Source: Lama glama
Lineage: Eukaryota
NCBI GenBank assembly: GCA_028534125.1
Contig: CM052816.1
Span: 8,434,001-8,498,000, forward strand
Length of the DNA: 64,000 bases
Reading direction: 5' to 3'
Both the position numbers and the translations under genes were made by a program. Below the pieces are notes generated by a model. It did no database searches and was not told the origin of the DNA. It saw only the letters and a program-made list of their open reading frames with translations. This document shows positions 1 through 13,430 of this stretch, in pieces (position 1 is the stretch's first letter; the number at the start of each line of letters is the position of its first letter).

Positions 1-1970
1 AAATAAATCAAAAGCAAGACGTCGATGAGACTACTTAGGGTACAAAGGAAGCCCTCAGAGATGAAACTGTTAAAAACAGCACTCAGATGAAACACGGAAG
101 CAGACTGTCCAAATCCTTTATGGAGCTTTTTTTGGAGAGATAATGAAGAAATGATATTCTCAAGTCACCCTTTGAAGCAGACAGTTCAAGACTTAATCAA
201 CAAATCCAGGCACACAGAAACCAGGCTGGCCTGAATGGTATTCATCTTACAGTCTGTAAGGAATGACACTAGACCATGCGCCCTGCTACTTGGCAGGAGA
301 CCTGAATGGCTGCCAAGGAGAGAGTCGGCCACAAGGTCTCTGATGGGCTCCCCAAGTCTGCAGCAGGAGGGTCTTACCTGCACACCAGGCAATGTGGGAG
401 AGGTTAAACAGCACATAAAGCCTCACCCAGTCTCGGCACACTCCAGATGTTCATTAAATGCTACCTTTTCTTACTATATGGTCACTGGACATTTAATCTA
501 CTCAAGATTTATTGACCAAGTCAGTATGTGCCAAGAACTCAGCAAGGTGTTTTACATCATTTATTTTAAACATTGTGAGTAGATACTATTATCCTCATTT
601 TACAAATGTGGAAACCAGGACTCAAAGGTTAAGTGATTCTTCCAAGGTCACAGCTAGTTAACGTTAGAGGTAATCTATTCATGATCTTGGTGGTAGTGAC
701 AGAGATGATACGAGACATAAATTTACATATGGATAAAGAAAAATCATTATAGATGATCTACTTAAATTTTTAAAAGTCTTAATAAGGACTGATATCAGTG
801 TCTAGTTTTAAAAACCTTACCACTCCAGGATTAGGTACTTTTCCTGTATCTTGGGCAAAAAGACTGGCTTTCTAATGGGGAAACCAAAGAGAGTATGTGA
901 ACTTTTCCTAGACTCCACCTCCTCTTCCACACAAGGATTGTTTCCCAGACTCAGAGTTTATAAATAAATCATTGAGGAGTACAGGGTGGCATCTCCAAGA
1001 CTGTAGGCAACACTGAGCTCTTCCAAGAAGACAAATGCCAAGCCAACAAGGACAGAATAGTCTAAAAGGGTGTAGCAGATGGGCTCCACTAAGGGAAATA
1101 TCACCTGCGCTGCTGCAACACAGTTGCTGCAGCCCCACAGAACCTTTGCTCTGTGTTATCAAAAAAGAAGTCAGCAACAATTGTTTCAAGGAAACAAAAG
1201 GGGAAAAAAGGAGTTAAGGCTAAAAGGTTTCAGTTTGCAATAACAAGGTTATTTTTTCCTGCAGGAATTTCAGTCACTGCTCCCCCCTTCCGAAGCTTAA
1301 TAGCTGTCAGTGCATTTTGTTACTGTGAACTACAAATAACAAAATGGTAGACAGATAAGACACAAACCTAAGTGCTTCCTTGTTTATTCTTTAAACCAAG
1401 GATTCAAAGCCGCAGTCTCCTCCATTAACTTCAGCTTTAACCTTGCACTTCTCCTAGCATACCTCAATACCACCAGTGGTAACAAAAGAATGTGGCATTA
1501 TATAAAAGCAGCTGTATCTACCGCTAAACATGCAAGCCTAATTGCTGATTATAACTGACAGTGATCAGCATGACACAAATTCATTACATATACATTTAAT
1601 TACATATACATTCAACTGACAACATGAAAACTCTTGGTACAGAAGAAATGCCTATAGAAGCTGCTCTATGAAAACACTACTACTCAGAAGGACAAGGGAT
1701 CTGACTTTTGCTAAAATTCAGAAAAGGAACGTAAGGCTCACTGCAGATAACCCAGAAAATGTCAGCTCCATTTATTGCTGCAACCAAAGAAGACAAGAGA
1801 GTGCAGGGCATCTTCAAAATAGAAACAGACAATATCAGATTCAAGACAGGTAAAAGTGACTCAACTCAGTTTTTCCAAGAAAAAGAAACAGGAGAACATG
1901 GGATTGGTCACCCCAAAGCCTTAACCACTGAAGCGGTGAAGGGATTAGTTGGGGGTAAAAAATTACTTAC

Positions 1971-2145
1971 AGGATCCAAACCTTCTTTCTCTAGTTTGGC
2001 TTTCTCCAAGTAGTAACTCCTCTCGGCCACACTGAGAAGCCTCCAACTCTCGCTAATCTTCTTATTGATCTCAGACTGAGGGAGGTGTGGGAGCTCCTGC
2101 TGCACTTTCAGGTAGATGTCGTAATAGTACAGAAGGTAAGCAGAC
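1971..2145 (-). CDS. HMGXB3: HMG domain-containing protein 3, coding exon 3 (HMG box)
   Basis: Acceptor ttccacAG at 2147-2146 and donor CCT|GTAAGT after 1971. 175 nt, phase-compatible with exon 2. Translates (R)SAYLLYYYDIYLKVQQELPHLPQSEINKKISESWRLLSVAERSYYLEKAKLEKEGLDP, an HMG box. The gene continues beyond the left edge of the window. Confidence 0.95.
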
Positions 2146-3047
2146 CTGTGGAAGCAATGACTTCTTAAGGTTTTCCTTCACTCAACCAGTAAATACTCCA
2201 AGTCAAGGTTTATGCAGCGAAGAGGTAAATAAATGCAACAACCCAGCTTTTCATTTCAAAGGCATTTATCTAAATAGAGACTGAAGCAAAAAAGCATTTA
2301 AATAACATCCCAGAGGGTAAACATGAGGAGGTTTCTCCCTCCAGAAACCTGGAAGCAAAGGCTTGTCTGGTTTACTTTTCCATGACCACTTTTTCTGCAG
2401 GGATGACTGGCATGAAATCCCAATATGAGCAAAGATGGATAAAGGTGCCCTGTCATTCCACTCTTAGGTAAAGGTTAATTAGATAGATTATCACTCCCAC
2501 TCTACTCCTCTCCACAGCCTTTCGTCATCTCATTGGTCAGCAGCATCTCACTAAGGCTGAGAGAGGGAAGCAGGTAAAACTATCAAAGTGATCCAATACT
2601 AAGAACCTCACCAAGAAGTCTACAGCATTCACAGGTAAGAGGGTGATTAGAGCTACAATTTTGATATTCTTTATAGATACCACTGGTGCTATTTATAATC
2701 CCATATTTTTTATCAATGTCCTATTTAAAATATTTAAATGAAAATAGTATTAATAATAATTTTTTAAAGTGGTCCTCTTGTACAGAGCTTCCATCATTTG
2801 TATGTATATTTTGTGCTATAGCCTGGGAACATGACCAAGATCTTGACAGGAATGGCAACTGCTGGCATCAATCGGCCACTTCCCACTCCCTATCTCCCTC
2901 TCCCCCCAACCTCACTGCCCATTCGCAAACTTTAACAGTTGACTTGGCACTCTCAATGAATCTGGACATAGCCTAACATCTTCTTCAACACAGCTCTCCA
3001 AATAGCTTCTATTTACAAATGCCAGCTACCAAAATGTGTTGGCTAAC

Positions 3048-3184
3048 CTGGGTTTCTTGGCCTTTTCTCCATGTATTTTATATTTTTTCTTCTTCTTGGG
3101 TGGCCCAGGGGACGTATAACAGTAGGCTTCCTCAATTTCCTCCATCACGACAGTTACCTCAGTACCATCATATGATGCATCCAT
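3048..3184 (-). CDS. HMGXB3: HMG domain-containing protein 3, first coding exon (exon 2)
   Basis: Acceptor ttcctctAG|ccATGG (exon starts 3186, ATG at 3184) and donor CAG|GTTAGC after 3048. 137 nt encoding MDASYDGTEVTVVMEEIEEAYCYTSPGPPKKKKKYKIHGEKAKKPR, with a basic NLS-like KKKKK. Confidence 0.95.
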
Positions 3185-3287
3185 GGCTAGAGGAAAGTCA
3201 AACATAAACAAGTTTCAAGAATCTACCCTTAGGGGACAGCAGCCCCCTGAACCAATGATCCCTTATCTCTGCCAGGCCTTAAGGCTT

Positions 3288-3450
3288 AGTCATTTCCAAA
3301 CTCAGCAGATTCAGAAGCACCTGGGAAACTTACTAAACATACAGAATTCAGGGATCCACTTCTGAATCAGAATCTCTGAAAGGTATGGCAATCTGTATGC
3401 TTAACAAGTGCACCAGGTGATTCCTCTGACTAGGCAAATCGGCGATCATT
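3288..3450. mobile_element. MER5-type hAT MITE
   Basis: tcagaagcacctgggaaacttactaaacatacagaattc...tgaatcagaatctctg...ttaacaagtgcaccaggtgattc. Similar copies at about 10885-10980 and 36470-36640. Confidence 0.7.
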
Positions 3451-4039
3451 AGCTTAGACAGCCCTTTCACTTACATTCATTCATAGGACCCTCAGTAATC
3501 CTTCAACTCAGAGATTTGTTCGCCCCACATTACAAGAATTCCCTATGGTAAGAGGTAAATAGTTGGCCAGGAGTCAGTTGTGGACTCTCCCTCATGTTTC
3601 ATCACTTTGAGCAAAATGCTTCATTGACTCATTCATTCATTCAGACATGTAGTTAAGTGCCTATACGTAAAGAGTTTCTTTACACTCTGTCGGCTTGTGT
3701 GACTTTGGGCAGGTCCTTTAGCTGCTTTAGATTCAATTCTCTTAAAAGGAGCCATGTCTCACTCATCTCACCATAGATTTACAGTGATAAGGCTCCAAGG
3801 ACATAACACCATTTGAGAATGGTCAAGTGCTATACAAAAAGGTTCATTATTAAAGATGAAAAACTGTGGCTGAGATGCTTAATGACCTGCCCAAGGCTAC
3901 CACACCCAGGGACTTGAAAGATTTCTTAAATTCAGTAATTCAACTGTGACCTTTCTTTCATTATACTTCACTGTTCCCACCTCCACTGGAAAGCTCAAAA
4001 CCAGCAGTGATCAAAACACTCTCCGTGATAAATGTTCTT

Positions 4040-4190
4040 CACCTGTGCTCCTCAGTATGGTAGCTACTTATGGCTATTAAGCACCTGAAATAGGGCTTGT
4101 GTGATTGAGGAACTGAATTGATTTCATTTTGTTTAACTGTAATTAACTTAAATAACCATGTAAGGCTAATGACTATGGTACTGAACAGCT
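4040..4190. mobile_element. MER3-type hAT MITE
   Basis: tatggtagctacttatggctattaagcacctgaaat...tgaggaactgaatt...aataaccatgtaaggctaatgactatggtactgaacag. Confidence 0.65.
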
Positions 4191-5775
4191 GAGATCTAAG
4201 CTGTAATCTGATAGACCAACTAATTCTCTAGCACTGACCTAAGAAACAGAAAGCCTAACAGCTTTTCCTAGAGAAAGGAAAGCATAAAAAAAACCTCAAT
4301 GACTCGTTCAAGAAGAGTTAATTTGGGGCCACATTCTAAGTTAGGGTTTTGCCCACAGACTCAATCTTTGGAGGAAGAAAGGTTCCCAGAAACCACTTGA
4401 ATTTTATGAGAGCGAAATAATACAGTTGCTCCGGAAAATCTGTTAGAAGAGAATTCAGGATTCTGGGAAAAGGGAGCCGTGGTAGTAAACACAGAACTGG
4501 TATGTGCATTCCAAGGTCCACTCCGACTTCATTTAGACCTCAATCCACAAAAGATGAGGTGTCTGTTAAAGTATGAGGAAAAAAGCACCGTATATTGAGT
4601 CAGGAGACCTGGATCCACGTTTAAATTCTAACGATATGATCTCCAACAAGTCTATTCCCCATCCTAAATTTCAGCTGTTCCTTGAGTGAGACTGAAGAGG
4701 CTGAAATCAGCAGCTCCTAACTTTCTGAGGCAAGAATTCCTCTGAGAAGACTATGAAAGCAAAAAACTCTCTCCTAGAAAATGGAGACGATATTTCACCT
4801 GTAACTTAAAAGATACACCCAGGGCCAAGAACACAATATTCCTAAGGTTCTTTCTAGTTCTGTGTCGTCTCTAAATGATTTCCTTTCCCACTGGAAAACA
4901 AACAAACAAAACCCACCAAAAACAACCCTGTATTCTGTCTTAGGGCAACCCTGGAAGAAAAAATAACCCACAACTTGGCTGAGTAAGAAATAGGCCAGTG
5001 CCTTCACTAAGTAAGGCCCTTTAGGATTCAAATCTAAGCTATGTGAGGACTGTGGTTTTTTGCCTTTAATAATTCACTTCTCAGCCCTTGATAATCTTGC
5101 AAAGAAAAGCAATAAAATAAGTAACTGAAGGGGAGCGTCTATAAAGAATGACATACAGGGTTTTAGCACCCAGAACAAAGAAAGCTAAAACAAAATCATT
5201 ACAACCATATTGGGGTGGGGGCAGGAAGAGACTATCCTGGGTTTTTGCTTGTTTGATTAGCCAGTTTTAAGCTTGAGTCCATAATTGTTTTTCAGATTCT
5301 AGGCCTCACTCAGTAAAGCAATGAAAAAAAAAATAAGAAAAAAAGAAAAATCGGCAAGATAATATAAAGTTAAAACCAAGCGCTCTGGAAGGCAGATCAG
5401 GGTACTAATTTAAATTACGTATTCTAATAGCACGCGCAAAGCTCTATGACCTTGAACCATCCATTTACTCTCAGCCTCAGTTTTCTCATCTGTAAAAGAG
5501 GGATAAGGGCAGTACCTGAAATACTTTCACTGTTCCACCAGCTCCTCCTCGGGACCTCATTAAATGGCTGCTAACGGCTCAGCTGTGGGCATGGTTTGAC
5601 TACGGGCCTTTGATGTCCCAAAGGTACCGAATGCGGGAGTAGGAGACTAGGGCTCATTGCTACCACTATGTGGAACAGGCAACAGGGCTGAGAGAGCCAG
5701 AGCACTCCGCTCGAGGACGCCCAGCCGGTCCGCGGTGCGGTGCGGTGCAGCACGGTGCTCGAGGGCGGGACTTAC

Positions 5776-6200
5776 CCGGAGGAGCGTGCAAGTTGCGCGG
5801 CTCACATTCCCGGAGGCGCCCGGCCAGGGGGCTCGACAAGGGGACTGGCCGGCGCACTCGGGCTCCCCGCTGTCGGCGAGAGGCGGCTCCAGTCGTGACA
5901 GTAGCAACAAGGAAGTGGAGACGAGGGCTCGCGCGCGCATCCCGGGGGCTAAAGGAGCCCCGGCCCCGCGGCCCCGCCCGGCGACACACGGCGCGGAGTC
6001 GCGACAGCCCCTCTCGCTCCCCTTCCTCAGAGTCGCGATACAGGGTCGCGTTGGGCGGGTATGAGAGCACAGGTTCGCTCCGCAGGCTCTACACTGACGC
6101 CTGCTGAGGGCCCCGGGGGTCAAGCCCCGGGGAGCCCGAGGAAGTCAGCAGGGGCACGGGCGTCACCGCGGCACAGTTCGGCGGGAGCAGGAGCCGGAGC
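5776..6200 (-). other. HMGXB3: HMGXB3 non-coding exon 1 (5' end approximate)
   Basis: Consensus donor CGG|GTAAGT (GT at 5775-5774) at the edge of the CpG island, in the right orientation to splice to the acceptor at 3186. The TSS cannot be determined from sequence. Confidence 0.7.
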
Positions 6201-6379
6201 AACACACCTCGGATCGCCAGGGAGACCCGTCCCGGCGGCCCTCGCGGTACGCCGGAAGCGGCCGGCGGCGCGTGACTGCGTGCGTCCCCTTGCGCAAGCG
6301 CAACAGTACAGCTCTGGCTGAGGGGCGGGCCCATAGAAACTGCTTACGGGCTTGGAAGGGGGCTGCTAAGGCGGACGGA

Positions 6380-6473
6380 CTGCTTCCGGCTAGAGGTTCT
6401 GGGAGGAGGAGGAAGCTGCGGCCGCCCGCTGTGGACGCCCTCAGCCCCCCGGGCATTGCCGTAGGGCGTTCAG
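6380..6473 (+). other. TIGD6: candidate TIGD6 non-coding exon 1
   Basis: Donor CAG|GTAACT after 6473 in the CpG island. Alternative donor candidates GTGAGT at 6730 and 6734. Matching acceptor ttttgtcttctcAG at 9099-9100. Boundaries uncertain. Confidence 0.4.
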
Positions 6474-7319
6474 GTAACTGGGGCGGGGCTGTGCGGAGCG
6501 TGAGGGGTCCAGGCCCCGCCTCACCTCTGAAAGCCACGTCGGGCCTGAAGAGCCCCAGCACCACCCTCCCAACACGGCGTTCAAGGCCTCACCTCAACCC
6601 TCCTCAGTCTGTCCCCGCTTGTTCAGGATAGGGTTCTTAAAGTCTTAGTGCCGGCCGCGTCAAGCCGTCCTCACCCTGGTGATCTCCCCTCAATCCGTCT
6701 CTCCCACGGTCCCCCACACAGTAATGGTAGTGAGTGAGTAAACCGAGCTGAATCACCATGTGCAGAGGCTCCGAAATCAAATAAGGATTGTATTGTCCTT
6801 TCCCGCCAATATCACAGATTGTCCCACATTTGTACAAGTCCCCGCACCCTCACTGTCTTGCAAATGCATTTTCAATCTGCCTACTTTTCTTCATTTACCA
6901 CTGTCACCTTTCTCTATCCCTGTCACCAGCCTTCTCCTGCTCATCATCATCTCCTGCCTGGACTGATGCAATTTCTCCCCATTTCCATTATTGTCCATCT
7001 ACTATCTATTCTCCACACAACAGCCAGATTGATTTGCATCGTAAGTCTGATTAGGTCACTCTCCAGTGTCTTCTCGTTCACTTAGAATAAAATTCAAACT
7101 TGGCCTGACCTACAAGACTTTGGTTTTGCTCTTGATTCATTCTCTTCCCAAGTTTATTTTCAGTACTGTTACTTCCCTGAATAAGCTATATTGGCCTCTG
7201 TAACGTTCAGAACGCTAGCTTTGTGCTGAACCTCCCTGAGTTTGAATCCCAGTCCTACCACATGTAAGCTATATTAAGCATGTAAAGTAACAAATTACGT
7301 TTATGAAGTAGATCCTTAA

Positions 7320-7720
7320 TAATTGGTTCCCATCTCAGTAAATGACATCATCATTCACTGGATTGTTCAATGCTCAAGCCAGAAGTCTGGGAGTTATCAC
7401 TGACTCCTCTTACACCTCATATCCAGTTCATCAGTAAGAGCTGCAAAAACATAGTCCCAAACTGACTACTTCTTACCATCTCCAGTATTACTCTAATCCA
7501 GGCTACCATTATCTCACATCGGGACTCCTGCAGTAGCCTCCTAATTAGTCTCCTGCCTTTTCCTGGACACCCTTCAATTCCATTCTTCACACAGGAGTCA
7601 TCTTTCTCTGTGCTTAAAATTGTTCAAGAGCTGCTTCTTGCACTCAGATTAACATACCACAACTATTTATGGCCTATTGGGCTTTTTATCTTCCGATTTA
7701 AGGCCACGTCTTAAGAAAAT
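7320..7720 (+). mobile_element. L2 LINE fragment (representative; others near 6830-7130, 15510-16200, 28620-28790, 31780-32160 and 49120-49590)
   Basis: ccatctcagtaaatgacatcatc...gctcaagccagaagtctgggagttatcactgactcct...tccaggctaccattatctc...gcagtagcctcctaattagtctcctg. Confidence 0.7.
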
Positions 7721-9129
7721 GGACTTTATCCATTAGGTTCTCCACCTTACAACCAAAGGACTCTTTCTAACATGCAAATCTTATCATGTCATTCCAAAAA
7801 CAAAAACCAAAACTCTAAAGGCCTCTTATTGTCCCAGGATCAAGCTAGAACCCTTACTAGGCCTTTCTGTGATTTGGACCTTGTTTTCTTCCCCAAAGAC
7901 TTATTTTTTTTTTCCCATGCCTTTTTATTTTCTGTAGTACTTCATTGCCTTTACATATGTTTCCTTCTATCTTGTGAATTCCTATTTGTTAGTACTTAAG
8001 GCCCAACATAAGTATTGTTTCCTCTTTGAAGTGCACATCCATCCATGCCCCATCAAGTTGGTAATCCCACTTCTATGTTCTCATTCACAGTACTTTGTAA
8101 CCTTCTATAGCATTCCATACACTAGTGTTTGTCTTCCTTGCTTCCCTGATAGGCTCCTCAGTGGTAGGCACTTTGCTTCATTCATCTCTGTATGGCAGGC
8201 ATCAAGCACAGTGCTTCACACATAGAAAAATGCCATGAATAGCTAGATAGATGTACAGAGGTGGGTGTCAGAAGCCAGCCCTTAGGAAGGAGCAATCACA
8301 GCATAAGGTAACAGCAGCTTCTCTTGTCCTTTGAGGACTCTCATGATAAAAGTCTAAGCAACTACCAAAAGGCAGTTACCAAAACTGCTACTGTTGGATT
8401 GTGTTTATTTCTGCCATAGCACGTATCACACTATTAACTTTTTATCTGTTCACTTATTGTGTATTTCCCCCAATCACATTGTATATTTCATAAGGGCAAG
8501 GACCTTGACTATGTTGTTCATCACTGTATCTTTGCCACTTGGCACCTGTAAATATTCATTTAATGAAGTGTAGCTACCAGAAACATCTGAAAATCCTTCC
8601 AAGCTAAATGGTGATAGAGCTTTCAAGATCTCGTTTAGGTGGAATTTCAAGCAGGACTATGGAGTGGCAGAAATAGCACTAATCTGAGTCAAGAAATCTG
8701 AGCTGTATGAACCCGGGTAGGTCCTCAGTCTCTGTATCTATAAAATAAGCCAGATAATAATTCCTTGAATCTATACAATGCATTGCTATTTGCAAAGCTC
8801 TTTTACCATATCTTATTTCAATCTCTTCTCATAGTAGACAGACCAGACATTGTTATTATTTTTACAAAGGCTCAGAAAGTTTAAATAAACCAGACTATCT
8901 GTAAGATCTCTTCCATTTCAAACATTCTATGAGTCTACATGAGTAATCTCTACAAAAAGTCAGTAGCATGAGTCTTGTCTTTTCTTGACTTTGGCCTTAT
9001 ATTATCATTTTCTAATAAGATTTTTAAAAATATGAACCTATCTTTTAGGAAGAATCTATTATCTTTGGTTCCTGATAGGCACTCCATTTTGTCTTCTCAG
9101 TTTTCCATACTTGTGGCAAAACAAGCTGA

Positions 9130-10758
<1,629 letters not shown>

Positions 10759-12041
10759 TGTAGAAATTAACTGACTTTAATTTAGAAGGTGTAGTTTACA
10801 ATAAATATTTCTTTAGATAGGATATTGAACTTAAATTTTAAGTTCATTCCAGGTTTCTGAAATAATCAGGAAACTTACTTGAATGGAATTTGGGGACCAA
10901 GAATTTTCATTTCTAACAAGTGCCCGGGTGATGCTGAAGCTTCTGTGATCCGGGGTTCATTCTTTGAGAACCACTGGTCTAGCTGGGTTCTAGCACTCCT
11001 CTCTTCAGCTGGCCATCTGAATACTCCCAATCACTAACTGTCAAAAAATCAAAAAATAAAAAGCATAAGCTGTTCATACTCCAAGGCTGTTAACTCCTTC
11101 CTGCTGACTTGATAACTCCAGAACATCCTCAGCTATTCTCTTGAATGCTCCACCAAGTATTCAGTAGAGGTACATCTGTCTGTGCCAAAATAATTACAAG
11201 AGTCATCTAGACTATCAAAGCATCTTGTAGTACTTCAGGATTATTATGAACAGGGAGCAGGGGCACAGGGAAACAAAGTGCCTGAAAGAGGAGACATGAT
11301 ACAATCTGGGAGGCATGGTAAACATCAGAGAATCCTGTTAATCAGAATCAGGGGAAGAATATACAGCCCAGTGTACCTCTCAAATACAGACAAGGTGAGA
11401 GCAACGCCTGTGAGAGAGATGACACGTGTGAGAGTGTTTGCATATTTGGATTATCCACACTGGTCCTCTCCACACCTGTGGATAATCCAGCCTGAACCAT
11501 GTAATTAGTGTGAAGGCACACTATGTTTTCCTCCACTAAAATTACTTCATAAATCACCCTTGTTCCCTTTGTGTTTGTTCTTCAGAGAAGTCTGCTAGAG
11601 CAGAGTTGAATTTAAGTTATTTAAAACTATATAAATTGATAATCAGATTTATATTTAAGTTTTTCTTCTATAAAAAGGCATTCTTAATATTCTTTATAAC
11701 CCTAGTACCTATTCCTAATAAGTCATGTAAGTGTCAGTTTAATTTTTAGAAGGTACGCACAATACCTGTTGGTGTTGTAGCATAGTTCCCTGACCCAGGG
11801 TTAATTGTGTGGCTATTTCAAAAACCCACAGCAAGTTATTCATCTTTCTGTAGTTACTTAATTGAAACAGATGTATGAAGCAGATTAATCATAGAAAGTA
11901 CTGCTTCCACATTGAACAAAACAACAATCACAAAAACAAACAGCAGATGTTTAAATAGATATGTTTCTAAAGCTCATTTTAGATATTTTTCCTTTTAAGA
12001 AGCTAGTATAATTTGAATTAAAAGTACTATGCATATTTTAA

Positions 12042-12118
12042 CACAACATTGTAAATCAACTATACTTCAATTAAAACATTTAAAAAGTCAATAAACAAGA
12101 AGCAAGCAGATTTTTTTG
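12042..12118 (+). mobile_element. ultra-short L1 3'-end insertion with 20-bp TSD
   Basis: cacaacattgtaaatcaactatacttcaattaaaa flanked by aagtactat(g/a)catattttaa at 12022-12041 and 12119-12138. Confidence 0.75.
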
Positions 12119-13167
12119 AAGTACTATACATATTTTAAATTCTTAATATATAGAAGAGGAAAAGAATGTCTTCTGGCTAAGTCCTGTGGTTTTGTCTCAT
12201 TGTCAGCACCTTAATTTCTCTCACCATCTTGCATCAGGATTATTGACACAATTTATAATTTCTTCCCTCATCTTTCTCCTGAAAGTCCATTTTGCACATA
12301 ATGTTAGATCTGCTGGCATTATGCCACTTCCTCTGCCCACATATCTGCGGTGGCTCCCAAATGCCTAAAAAGAAAAAAAAAAAAATAGAAGACCAGATTA
12401 TTCAGCTGAGTTTTAGCACCCTCTGGAGTTGACTACAACCTGCATTTCCAGCTCAGTTTTTCAGTCCAGTTCAGTGTGTGTGCTGCTCAAGCCCCCCACC
12501 CCACCCCCTCCAGGGCCCGTCTTCTCTCACTCTGTACCCCTGTCTGTTGGTGTGCGTTTGCCTGAATGCCTCATCCTGTTCTCTACCAAGCAAGGCCTTA
12601 CATATTCTCCAAGAACTAACTGAAGTCTTCTTTCTTCCAGCCTTTCTTGAAGACTCCAGAACCAGCTCCACACTTAGCTCCCTCAACTCCTCAGCACTTT
12701 TGTCTCTACCATTCAGTTAAGCACTTAAGTGTTTTATCAGTGTTCTATGGCTCTTTAACTAGACTGTAAACTCTTTAACTAGACCAGTCGGCCTTGGTGC
12801 CTACGCACATCAATAAACATTTGCATATAAATTAACACACAGGCCTAATGTGTCAAAGCCACCTTATTTTTAAAGCTGTATGAAGCACTTATTCTACTAG
12901 AAAATGGCGTGGAGATAAAGCAGGGTTGTCCTCTATTTAAAAAGATATGCAGAAATTTTCCATGAATATCATTGCCTCAAATATTACTCCACTTCAGGTT
13001 ATAATCTGTTCTTTGAGAATAAAGAATTCTAATATAGAGAGTTAAACTAGTATCCTTCCACAGAAGGTCACTGTAGGATTCTCCATTTCTACACACAAGA
13101 CTTTAGTATGAAAGGCTTTGTCTAAGTGCTTTTTTATAGTAATATTCAGTAAATAACGTGTTTAAAC

Positions 13168-13256
13168 TTTTTTTTTCAATGTAGGTACTGGGCATTGAGC
13201 CCAGGATCTTGTGCATGCTAAGCATGTGTTCTACCGCTGAGCTATACCCAACCCCC
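13168..13256 (-). mobile_element. camelid Vic-1-type tRNA-derived SINE
   Basis: Reverse complement GGGTATAGCTCAGCGGTAGAACACATGCTTAGCATGCACAAGATCCTGGGCTCAATGCCCAGTACC plus A tail; pol III A and B boxes. Confidence 0.85.
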
Positions 13257-13283
13257 AACAAACTTGCTTTAAAAAAAAACAGA

Positions 13284-13430
13284 GGGGGGAAGGTATACAG
13301 CTCAGTGGTGGAGCACATGCCTAGCATGGATAAGGTCCTGGGTTGAATCCCCAGTACCGCCACTAAAAATGAACAAATAAACCTAATTACCTCCCACCAA
13401 CAACCAAAACAAACAACAACAACAACAACA
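13284..13430 (+). mobile_element. camelid Vic-1-type SINE (long form with AAACCTAATTACCTCCC tail)
   Basis: AGCTCAGTGGTGGAGCACATGCCTAGCATGGATAAGGTCCTGGGTTGAATCCCCAGTACC followed by an A/CAA-rich tail. Confidence 0.85.

Larger units (their letters stand above)
5700..6670. promoter_or_regulatory. CpG island / bidirectional promoter of HMGXB3 (-) and TIGD6 (+)
   Basis: Very GC- and CpG-rich. ETS/GABP motifs CCGGAAG 6252-6258 and CTTCCGG 6383-6389, GC boxes near 6322 and 6481, two TCGCGA cores (5999-6004, 6033-6038), and divergent splice donors on both sides. Confidence 0.88.

Noticed and set aside
372..416. Strong minus-strand donor CAG|GTAAGA at 378 in HMGXB3 intron 3 (possible cryptic exon)
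   Set aside because: No convincing upstream acceptor, and the translation does not resemble HMGXB3.
5571..6631. Many overlapping 60-160 aa Arg/Pro/Gly-rich ORFs on both strands
   Set aside because: Expected from stop-codon scarcity in a CpG island; no recognisable domains.
13168..13370. tRNA-like sequences with A and B boxes
   Set aside because: Diverged, A-tailed, multi-copy and in one case TSD-flanked: these are SINEs, not tRNA genes. The same applies to the other five copies.
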